Positions 53,476-64,000 of a DNA stretch of 64,000 bases are shown one piece after another. The notes beneath the pieces are model-generated. The model worked only from the letters and a program-made list of their open reading frames with translations. It was not told where the DNA came from and did no database searches. Positions within the stretch are counted from its first letter, which is position 1; every line of letters starts with the position of its first letter. The DNA comes from Novakomyces olei (taxonomy: Eukaryota). The stretch spans positions 744,001 through 808,000 of the forward strand of contig JADEYG010000003.1 of assembly GCA_016906335.1 (NCBI GenBank). Reading direction: 5' to 3'. A program made the position numbers and the translations under genes.

Positions 53476-55317
53476 ATGGCAGTGGCAATGGCAGTGGCGC
53501 TGGCTGAAAAATCGCCGCTTCTTTTAGTCACAAACATTGTACTCGCGGCGCCAGAGTTGAGAGGGGCAACAGTGTCCGAGTGTGGAGACGGAGACTCGAC
53601 GAGTATAGAGTTCGAGACTCTTCGAGGCAGAGTATTCAAAGTGGCTCTGCCGGCGACAGTGCAATGCTCTGCGGAAATTGCCGTTTCTGCTCGCACAGAC
53701 CACAGTATTGCGTGCAGAGTACGTGAAGGTAATAGCGGGAGCGCATTGTGTAATGGAAATGGAAATATAAATATAAATGGAAATACAAATGGAAATGGAA
53801 ATGGAAATATGAATGGAAATGGAAATGGAAATATGAATGGAAATGGAAATGGAGTAGACGAGTCTTGTGCCAATGATGCGTCTGTACTGACCAGCGAGTG
53901 TGTCCACACTCGTTGCTGTGGCCGACGCGTGTTCCGTACAGACTCTACAGTCGCGTTTCACAACCTCCCGACCGAAAATTGGGCGGAAATGATGGAGTTT
54001 TGGGCGTGCCACCGCGGAGAAGAGTTTGCCTCCAAGACAGAGGCCTACAACGCCGCTCTGCCCCTACCCGGCCGCACCCTCGTGGGCGTGTCCACCCTAC
54101 GCGTTGCGTCTAGCGACGCTTGCCCTTTTCTTCAAATTAGAGTAAGGATCATAAACTATAATTATTACAATATTTATCGTAATAATTATTTTATTGTTTT
54201 AATTGTTATTTTATTATTATTTTAATCATAATTTTTTATTATTTAAATATTATTTTAAATGTTATTTTAAATATTGTCATTTTTTATTTTAAATATTATT
54301 TTAAATAATGGTTTTTTATTTCAATTATTTTTTAATTGTAATCATTTTTTATTTTCAATTCTAGTTTTCAATTTTTCGTCACGCATTCTTATCGTTACAA
54401 TCCGTCCCGTCCATGAGCAACTTATCCCACTGGACCAAAAGACAGCTCAGAGCCCGGCTATTTGGTCGTACTATGGCTCCACGAGTGATACAAGGCCCTA
54501 AATTAACGAGGCTCTTTAGGGACTGCATGGCCGAGCCGGAGCTACCCTTCTGACGATTCCATATCGTCAGTACCGGGTACCACGGGGTAGGCGTGCAGCA
54601 AGGTTTCCAACGATTCGCTTGCTTTTCTATCGAGCCATGTGTTTCTACATGGTCGCTGAGTCAGGAATAATAAAGAAAAATCCACAAAGACTGGTTCATT
54701 GACTGTATTATGGAACGCACAATACTAATATACAAAGGAAAAATATGTTTACTGTGATTCGTGCCAAATACGACTGGGCGACGTTATTGAAGGCGGGCTG
54801 TCGTTGAACAAATGGGCTTTGACATTAAAGTATGTCTTTTTATTTGACTAGATTTATCAAATTAATCAGAAATACTTAACAATAGTGGGAAATGGAATCC
54901 TTTTGTAAGGTACCTGCTCACGGATTTGTGCTGCAAATCGGGGTTACGTGCAGTGCACAAGTTTTTGCTTATAAAAGCGAATAGTCAGGAAACGATAATC
55001 GTGAGTTTGAGCGGGTTGTTCATTGCTAACTGGTACAGACGTGGCTTTTCAATCGCGACCTTTTATTTGCCTTGACAAATTTCGACTCTCAGCCGGAAGA
55101 AATTGATCGGTTCCGTGGAGCCAAAGTGCTCTATCTATCAACAGATGTTCCTGAAGCGTCGGACGTCAGTGCCAACGATAACTTTGAGGATATTGTGCTC
55201 GCAGACAGCGAGTTTGATGAGGTTCGCTCGACGCTCAATCGCAGTACTGCATTGCTCCCGGAGCCTTTACGGACTTTTAACAAGTGGAAAGTAGGGCTTT
55301 TGCATCAGCTTGAATAA
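53476..55317 (+). CDS. IPA1: HECT_2 (E2-binding) protein, Ipa1/UBE3D-like
   Basis: CCGRR...LPTENWAEMMEFWACH; intron 54142-54737; YCDSCQIRLG..LNKWAL; introns 54830-54885 and ~55001-55038; TWLFNRD..AKVLY..STALLPEPLRTFNKWKVGLL; start at 53476 or 53488. Confidence 0.82.
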
Positions 55318-55629
55318 GGCCAAGCTTGAACGTTTGGTACAAGGTGAAAGAAAAACAGTTTATAAAGTAGGACTTTGTGAATGAATACAATATAAATGAC
55401 CGATAAGTACTAAGAAAAATAAACAAATATGCAAAACAAAGATCAATAAGCAAGATTAGTAAACAGCTTTATTATCCATTGTCTAGATCCATAAACATTT
55501 CTCGTTTTCTAGCAGAGAATATTGGCTTGGCAGCTACCGCTTGCTTCAGTCTAAAGTCGTCGTGACTAGTTTATCACACATAATAGAACAATTTTTGACA
55601 TCAATTTTTAACATGTCTATTTCCCAGAC

Positions 55630-58600
55630 TCAAGTCTTTGTCGTTGAACGCGGATACGTGATAGGCTTGGGCCGATTGTTGCTGAAAAGAGCCTTAAACA
55701 CCCATTCAACGACATAACATCCAGCAAAGTCTGCAAGCATAACGGCGGTAAGAGTATACCTGAACTCATCTCCAAATTTAACCAGTCGCAACTGCTCATT
55801 GAGCTCGGGAATGAACTCTGTGGCACCGCTGTAGGCCACAAAAGTACAGCCCAAAAGGCCCCAGTACATGCCTCTATTCTCAGAGATCGACTCTCTGAAA
55901 GGTCTCCCGATATAATTGATCGCAAACGTGGACACCTGCTGAGATAGCTGAAGCAGGTAAATTGCACTGTTCATCAAACTCGGCTCAAACTCTTTCTCCA
56001 AATCTACATTAGCTTCTTTTCTAGCAGAGTTAGTTTCGATGAATTCAATAACAAATCATAAATAAACAAATCATAAATAAACGGTATGATTATCCTCAAC
56101 TTACGGTTCAAACCGATTAACAAACGCCGAAATATACACCAGAGCGACAATGTGAATGGCAAATTGCAAAAGAATCGAGCCGATAATGTACACGTTAAAT
56201 ACGTTGCTCTGTGGACGTTCGCGCGAAAGTTTATCCAGAGGGCGGCCTCGAGAAATGCATAAAAAGCAGACCGATATCATCATTCCGGAAATAGTGGCCT
56301 GACCATCACTAAACTTTATGCCATCAAAGTAGAGCACAGACAGGCTGTAGGCGGAGATGAGACAATTTAAGGCCAAAATTTTGTACATTTGTATAGTGGC
56401 CACTAGTGTGCATCTGCCCTGCCTTACAATCTTGCAAATTGCATCCACCGCCGCCAGCTTACTGGTAAAAGGCGCCGCTACTGAAGCATCGCCCAGTTTC
56501 AACTGGGGAGCCTCCTCCTCCTCTTGCTGCTCAACCATGTTTTCAAACATCTTGTTCACCAGCGACGCAGAGGAGGCTGCACGCTTCTGATCAGCAGTCA
56601 ATTCGACATTTGAGGCTTCTTGTTCCTTCACCTGCGCTAGAGTAGTGGCCGCTGTCTCCTTGACCTTCTCATAATGAGGGTTCTGTGGGCCTGGAGGGTA
56701 CAAGTGGGCAATTTGGATTGGGACTGGCGGAGGCTTCAGGTTGAAACGTGTGGCGACATCTTGCTGCTTAGTATAAAGCTCCTGCAGTTTCTTGTTGCGC
56801 GAAACTTCAGCGATTCTTTGCAAATCATCTTCCGATCCATTCAGTAAGGCTACTCCCACGTTTGCCTGCTTGAGAGCTCCAACATCGTTGGTTCCGTCTC
56901 CACACATCAAAGTCACTAGACCAGAGTCTTTTAGGGTTAACAAAATACTTTCCTTCTGGGCCGGTGAGACACGGGCCCAAACCCACGTGTTTTCCACCAG
57001 CAATTTTATAGCTACAGTGTTTCCAGCCGACTGCAAGAGGCCAAGTGCGTACCCGGTCACACACAAATCGTAGTCGTTGTAAAAGGGATCGGTAGGGAAT
57101 ATGTTGGATACGTTTACAGGCCGCACAAAGGTCTCATCCACACTCTTCCATGCCAGCTGTTCCGACTTGTCGCCATCACTTTCCAATATATCCAGAATAA
57201 GAGTCGGCCTATTCACGACACTGACTTCTTTGGCCACATGGCATGCAGTCAGCGGGTTGTCTCCCGTAATCATGATACACTATACATTAGCAAAATATAA
57301 TAGATTTTGACAATTTAGTATAAATGTAAAACAAAATAATAAATAAATAACAATATTCCAAATGTAGCAAGAACTTTGAGTAGCATCCTTTTGAAATCTC
57401 TGTTATTTCACACCAAAACCTACCCTGTGTGAGGACTCATTCAAAGCCTTAATAGTGGCTTGAGCATCTTCCTTGAGAGGCGAATTAAAGACCACAAAGG
57501 CCGCGAAATCCAAATCGCATTCGACTTGTTCACGGCGCATCTCGCTCAGCTGTTTCGGCGTCGGTGCTGTTGGCAGGTACTTGTAAGCAATCGCAAGGAC
57601 ACGACTGCCATTACGACCATAATACTTGAAGGTCTCCTCATAGCCTTCAGGCACGTTCTTCAGCATTGTGCGAATAGTCTCCGGGGCGCCTTTTACAGCG
57701 GCAAAGTATCGCTTGGACGTCTGCTTTGGTCCAGATTCCTCTTGGACAAGCGACACAGTAGACTGACGTTTGAGCGCCGAAGAAAATTGGAAGCGACGCC
57801 TGATATTGATAAGACTGCGCCTGTATTGCGATTCGTCAGAGGCAATCACGCGGTCGTTTTTACCAATTTTCCATCCAATACTATCGATAGTAGCCTTTTC
57901 CATTGGGTCGCCAACAACTTGCTCAGCGTCCACTTCCAACTTCACCAACGAATGGGCTGTTGCTATAGCTAAAAGGACTTCGCCCTGACAGGCGCTCATT
58001 GGCTGCAGGCGCTGCAAATCGCTTCTATCCAATCCAACAACTCCCTCAACAATTAAATTCTCACCCGTAAGAGTTCCCGTCTTGTCAAAGCAGCACACGT
58101 CTACTTTACCAGCAAATGGAATCCTAAAAGGCTCAGTGCAGAAAATATGGAACTTGGCCAGGGCAGCAAGGCTCGTGTTCACTGCTAGAGAGAGTTCCAT
58201 GGGCAATTCTGGCGGGACAACAGACGTAATAATAAGCACACAGTCCAGCATCAACTTGTACCGGTTACGGTCCAGTTTAACGCCTTCCACCCAAACGTAC
58301 CACGAGGCAGCAATTGCAAAAACCAGGAGAAAAAGAATGAAAAAAAAGGATTCCAAACTGTTGGCGGATACGCGTTCCGTTGAGTAAATCATTGTACGTA
58401 CTAAACTGCCCTGACTCGTCTCGAACCCAGTACGCACAACGAGGGCAGGCACACCGCTGTCTGGCGTCAGCGGGATACGGCGAAGAGCTTTGGACGCATT
58501 TTCCGTCTGAGCAGAAGGAGGTAGCAAGCTTTGCAGAACTTTAGTGCCTCCAAAAAGAAATGAAGTCTTGTCCAACCCTTCCGGGTCAATGCGCTCTTCC

Positions 58601-59574
58601 TGCGGACGGAGGGAGATTGACTCCTTTACCAGAGGTGTAGATTCGCCAGAGAGCATGGCCTCGTTCACGATACAAGTGCCCTCGAGCAGGACCATATCAC
58701 AGGGAACACCAGAGTCTTCTGCTGTACGTACTACCGATACTACATCGCCAGGCAGCAATTGATCCGTCATGATCTGCGACCATTTGCCCTTGCGCAGCGC
58801 ATTAATGGCATAAGGCTTCACCGACATGGACCTGAACTCACGCAGGGTTCGTTGTCTTTGAAACACGACAGTGCACTCAAACCCGACCAGCATGAACAGC
58901 GTAAACAGTGAATATTTCCAGTAATCATCGAGGCACCATAGCGCTACGGAAAACACTTGAAACACGAAAAAAGGAGCAACTGCGTGCTCCTTGAACAGCT
59001 CTTTAAAAGTAGGAATAGGAATATCAAATTGGTTTAGTCCAAAAGTGTGAGCAGTTGACTCAATGGCAGAATCGCTCTGCAGTCCTGTAGCACTGCTCAA
59101 CTGTGCCAGCGGTGGGAGAGCATCGATCGGGTACGTAACCGCCTCAAACGCGTCCTTTCCACTGCTGTATACAAACTTGCGTTTCTGAAAAGTGAAGGAA
59201 ACCTCTTCATCTCCGCCACCAGATCGCTTTCGGAGTGAGTCTCTAACTAAAGGCACAATCTCAGCGGCACCTTGATTCGGGGCCGGCACAACACGTACAA
59301 GTGTGCCGTCGGCCAGGCTTGCACGGGAACACGTAAGAAAGGCATAGACTCTAGTGTTCCACTGGCCACTGAGCCAAACAAGTGCTTGAATACAAAAGGC
59401 AAACCCTATCACGAGGCCATTGACCTCTCTCGCATAGTCTGCCTGCTGTAACCAGACTGCCAGACCAGCATAGACAAAGGCAAAGGGCCACGCGTACAGG
59501 TGCGCATACACAGGGAGCTCTGTATGCAGCGACGCTGACCGGATCGTTGCGTGGTCTACGCTTACAATCGCCAT
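55630..59574 (-). CDS. SPF1: P5A-type ATPase Spf1/Cta4 (ER transmembrane helix dislocase)
   Basis: APFFVFQVF, LSGES, TSVVPPELPMELSLAVN, DKTGTLT, ITGDN, MCGDGTNDVGALKQA; two introns. Confidence 0.97.
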
Positions 59575-59868
59575 TTTAAGGCAGTCGATCTGCTCAGAGG
59601 ATTGCTATATGCTCCAGGCTTTACAAAACTCTCACGGCTCCTAATATGCTGCGATCGCGAGCAGTTGAGGATTTGCCAGTGGCAGTTTTATTGCGCAGAA
59701 AGAATATTTGTGCTACGTATTCCTTTTGTATTACAGTAGAATTACGGTAGAGATGCATGTATATGTATAATATATTAAACATATAAAATATATAAAATAC
59801 CGTCCTTTTATTTTCAATAAAACTCGACAAAATTTCATAAAATTAATTAACCCCCAAAAACACTTAAA

Positions 59869-60082
59869 TAAAATTCAGTAAAATTCATGTAAAATTCAGT
59901 AAAATTCAGTAAAATTCAGTAAAATTTAATTAAATTCAGTAAAATTCAGTAAAATTCAATAAAATTCAATAAAATTCAATAAAATTCAATAAAATTCAAT
60001 AAAATTCAATAAAATTCAATAAAATTCAATAAAATTCAATAAAATTCAATAAAATTCAATAAAATTCAATAAAATTCAATAA
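59869..60082. repeat. 10-bp array (AAAATTCAGT)n grading into (AAAATTCAAT)n
   Basis: About 21 copies upstream of SPF1. Confidence 0.96.
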
Positions 60083-60295
60083 ACCTTATTCAAAATGACG
60101 ACCATGACTGGGTTTATGACTATAATACTGCTGTGTAAACATCGGATTAATGACAAATTTGATTAAAGATAAATTAATTAAAGATAAGTTAATTATATTA
60201 ATTATTTTTAGTAAATTCTGTGTTTGATTTGTTGATATCAATTGATTCACGCTCAAGTATGTACACAAATGCAGTCTCTAGTCGCTCGGTGGCAA

Positions 60296-62101
60296 CTAGA
60301 TTTCTACATTATCGAAATGCTTGTCCGACTGACTGTCGTCGTTAGCAGACGACTCTATCTCGACTTTTGAGGAGGCTTGTGGCGCATTTGCACTCTCCTT
60401 TTCGTTGTGAGGGAAATGCTGGGGTAGCAAGTGAGGGTTCGTTACTGGCTCGGCTTCCGGTTCCTTTTGTGATGCCTCCGGGTTCTCTGTCCCCGCTGTT
60501 TGCTCTGCGGCTTGTTTGCTTGGCTCCGCTTGATCATCCTTCGACTCTGGCCGATCAGTGTCGGCCACTGAAGGCTTTGCATCCGAAACTTCGCCTTGGT
60601 GTTCTCCATTTTGAGGCTCTGCAATACTATCCTTTTGCTGATGTCCCAACTTGTCTGTCAACGATCTGTCCAGTGTATCAGACTGAGTAATATCTTTTGT
60701 CTCTTGAGCTGTTTCGTCAAGGTCATTCCCTGGCTCAGCGCTGGCCAAAGGACTGCCTGCTGCGTCCGAGATGGGTGTAGCATTAGCCGACGCAGAAGTT
60801 GCACCCGACTCCGGCACAGATTTAATGGCCCTTACACTAGCGTTATCTGCAGGGGTAAGAGTGTCCCCGTTGTCTTCATCCTCTTTGGACAAAGTTTGGC
60901 CACTTTCACCGTCAAGATTTTCGTTATCTTGGTCAGGTTTTTCTCGATCAGGCATTTCCTGGTCAGCTTTGGATTCGTCAGTCTCCTTTGGAGCAGATGA
61001 AGGCGCTTCACCCGAATCTACGGTATTATTTTGCTCCAGTTTTGTATTGGTCTCGTCTTTAGCATTTTCGTCAGTCTTTTCAGCTTTCGAAGCGGTATCC
61101 TTGCCCTCGCTAGACTCTTCTCTGGCAGTAGTAGCAGTATTATCAGTAGCAGTAGGATCAGGGGCACCATGACTTGCTGATGGAGCCGATCCGGCAGCAG
61201 ACTCTGCCTGCTCCGGCTGAGCTTCAGCCGGCTGAGTCCGAGTACGCGGACGACTTGCCGCATTGCCCACGTAAAAAGGAGTCACATTCATTACACGCCC
61301 AGAGTCCTCACAGGCTTCAAAGTAGTCTACAGTAACAACAGGAATATTTGCACGTTTAGCTGCCTCCAGCTGCTGTTTCGCCTCTGGCGTTCCAGCAGCA
61401 GGAGCAAGAGACGAGCAAACGAAATGTGTGGTCTCAATACTGACTGTGTCCGTCACGGGTCCACAATGAATCCGGTCTACTGTCTCCTTTAACCGATCCT
61501 GATCTTCCGGGGTTAAACTGCCCGCGCATATACGCATCCCGCGTAGATCCGTCATGCGCAGAGTTCGTACCTGCACTACGTTTGACATAAAAGTGCCTCC
61601 AGTCGTATGCAGCACTAGCTGAAATCGGTACGGTGTGTCGAGAGCCAAGTTTGAGATTTTGGTTGCGTGCAGTGAAGCAGGATCAGGGATTCTGCCTAAA
61701 TGCTGACCGTTCTTGTACAAGTCCAGAGACTTGAGCCGCGTAGAGCACAGATCCATTGCATCCCAGCCCAGAACGACACTTGTCTGTGTTGTGTTGCGAA
61801 CATGCAAAACTGGAGGCGTCGGCTCACGTGATCCAAACTGCGAGAGGATCTCGTCTTGTAACCGAGAAAAATCTAACTGCTCCCGCTCCTCTGCCGCCTT
61901 GTTGTGAGTAACACCAATGTCTACAAGACTGCCAGATGTAACGCCTTTGGGCAGTAGTATCGAGGGGAATTCGATCAAATGATGGTCCGCTGTAAGCAGA
62001 ATTGCCTTTTAAAAGGTCAGTTTATTTAATTCGTAAGTCAAGTGTGCCATTACCATTCCAGCGTCAAGCTTTCCCACTTTGAATTGCACTTTAGTCGCCA
62101 T
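60296..62101 (-). CDS. CHS5: Exomer scaffold Chs5/Cfr1 (FN3 and BRCT domains, acidic tail)
   Basis: MATKVQFKVGKLDAGM, intron, AILLTADHHLIEFPSILLP; RNTTQTSVVLGWD; IETTHFVC..ANIPVV. Confidence 0.94.
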
Positions 62102-62724
62102 TTTGAGCGGCTTTGCCTTTGGTTTTTGCCCAGCGCCGACTGCTCAAAGTTGTGGGTGTTGTGTACGTGTACGCTAATCAAGTCAATATTGACTGTGACT
62201 TGTGTATGACTTATTGACTTTAATATAGCATGTCCTGCGAATATATTTAGTGATGTTATTCCAGTTGGCCGTGCACTATATAAATAATATCGGCCCCACA
62301 ATGAATAGTTCTGTCTATTGGAACAAAGAATATGAACGAGGAACAGGTGGAAACGGTCGAGGCGACTGCCATCAGTAAAACCTGCAATTTACCCTACAAT
62401 ACTAGTGTAAAATAGTACTCTAATTGTTGAAGCCAGAGGTATACTTTGCACGAGCAAATACACGTAAAGTGCGGGAAAGACTGAGAATTTTCAATATTCA
62501 AAAACAGACTCCATTTAATCATTAAAGCTGCCGCTCTTAGATGCAATATTCAGTACATAGATCCATAATATACTCGACTATTTAACACGCTACGCACGCA
62601 CAATATGAAATTGCATAGAGTTTCGAGCAAAAGCCCTCGCTCGTCTATATTAAACTTCACATTCTTTGTAGAAAATGTGTCGGGTATCACATAACAATAA
62701 GTCTGAGCCTGCCCTTTTCAGCGT

Positions 62725-63647
62725 TCAACCAGTACAGCTGCTAGTTATTGACTTTTGACGCTTCCCTGACTCACTGCTGCTGGTATACAGACTTTTGACT
62801 GCCTCGCTTAACGGCCGCTTATTGCGACTCGACATCTCGTCTTTAACACCCTGAGTCACACGTGCGACGCGCGAATTCTCGTTGACCTCCTGTCGTTCTT
62901 TTGTCCCGGAATCAGTCGTACGTGCCTTTTTACGTTTCCGTGCTTGCAATGTGTGCGTTAACCCATGTGAGCGTAAATATTCCCTCCGTTCAGCTAATCG
63001 GCGCACATCGTTGGGCTGTGTTGGGTTGATTGGAATAATATCGCGCTGATCGTACTCCTTGCTGCACTATCCATGGTGATTAGTATCGCAAGTGAAGATC
63101 TGAAATAAAACAATAAATTAATAAATTAATACAGTAATACAGTAATAGAGCAACCAAAAAATAGATCAATCATACGATTATGCAGCCGTCCTGCTTTACA
63201 TTATCGAGTGCAGCACGATCCATAGCGTGGCCACACGGAACGATGTATACAAAGTGCGAAGTTTCATTCATTTCGCGCATAGTCACAGGACACGCAAACA
63301 GCCGGTACTCTGAGTCTGGCGGAGTGACATCATGTAACTTGAGCTCCTGCACATCTTTAAGCGACTGGATATGCTCCGCACGAGACTCGCCACCCTCTGA
63401 TCGTCCCAGAATATGCTGTAAAACAGCTTCTTTATTGTATAATCGGCCGTACGCGCACGACACTATCGGCGGCTCCAGCTTTTGTCCAGACAGGGTACAC
63501 GAATTCCACGCCTCGTGTGCCGCTGAAAGCTGCGCTTCACGGTCCGCAGTTTTACGTTGCGCAGTCTGAACTACTTCAGAGCGCCTCGGGATCGAACCCC
63601 CGTCGTTTCCTGCGCATTAGTTTAGACGATGTATTGATCATACCCAT
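62725..63647 (-). CDS. RTF2: Rtf2 RING-like replication/splicing factor
   Basis: ATG-G, 34-nt intron, then GNDGGSIPRRSEVV; YGRLYNKEAVL, CPVT..PCGH, DIIPINP, VKSLY; the 3' end is uncertain. Confidence 0.88.
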
Positions 63648-63740
63648 TGCGAGTAGGAGTTTAGTGGTCGATAGCTTTGCTATTTTTTAGCTATTTAATC
63701 TATATTTTAGCTATTTTTCAGACTGCATTAATTCACATAA

Positions 63741-63795
63741 TATATTCATATAATAATTATATTCATATAATAATTATATTCATATAATAATTATA
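63741..63795. repeat. 17-bp AT-rich tandem repeat (ATATTCATATAATAATT), about 3 copies
   Basis: Direct copies upstream of RTF2. Confidence 0.8.
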
Positions 63796-64000
63796 ATCAT
63801 GTATTATTACCAAATAAATATGCTATAATACATTGATTTAAATGAATCGATCAGACAGCCAAACATGTGCGCACGAGTCAACACTATGAACTCGACAGGA
63901 CGCCGCTTTTTTTAACCCTAAAAGCAGTAGAGTAAACGTCGGTACAGCGCCGAGCGGCAATGTCCACATCAGTCGGTGTTGCGCGCAAAACTGCGCCGGT

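Noticed and set aside
54550-54570. CTGACGA hammerhead-core-like word on both strands
   Set aside because: It is one arm of a self-complementary hairpin, with no correctly placed GAAA and stem II/III

Overview
Gene-dense fungal nuclear DNA from an intron-rich, yeast-like ascomycete. Very short GT-AG introns with a CTRAY branch point close to the AG suggest Taphrinomycotina or an early-branching Saccharomycotina lineage (inference). The genetic code is standard. I can reconstruct 28 protein-coding genes by hand, most of them spliced: a partial alpha/beta hydrolase, GET5, FOL3, ARO7, PP2A-B55 (CDC55/pab1), MPO1, VPS26, SLA1, AMD1, a Zn2Cys6 transcription factor, an unknown protein ending in -AKL, beta-carbonic anhydrase, a DUF1776-like protein, MPS1, an orphan C2H2-like protein, MET22, PRE3, RPB3, VAM7, ATP1, RAD17/RAD24, ABP1, DAP2/STE13, RPB7, IPA1/UBE3D-like, SPF1, CHS5 and RTF2. 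There is also one intron-containing tRNA-Trp(CCA). No transposons or CRISPR arrays are visible. The main unexplained signals are: (1) a ~290-nt GC-rich run of back-to-back hairpins in the 596-nt intron of the IPA1-like gene, with a stem-sequestered cryptic 3' splice site and an AATAAA; (2) a 739-nt ATP1 intron with nested inverted repeats that would bring its splice signals together; (3) long AT-rich or purine-rich tandem arrays in the spacers of several divergent gene pairs, with three unrelated arrays sharing an ATTCAA core; (4) a probable dual-start (mitochondrial/cytosolic) carbonic anhydrase. All gene models, protein family calls and RNA folds were read by eye; no searches or folding programs were run.
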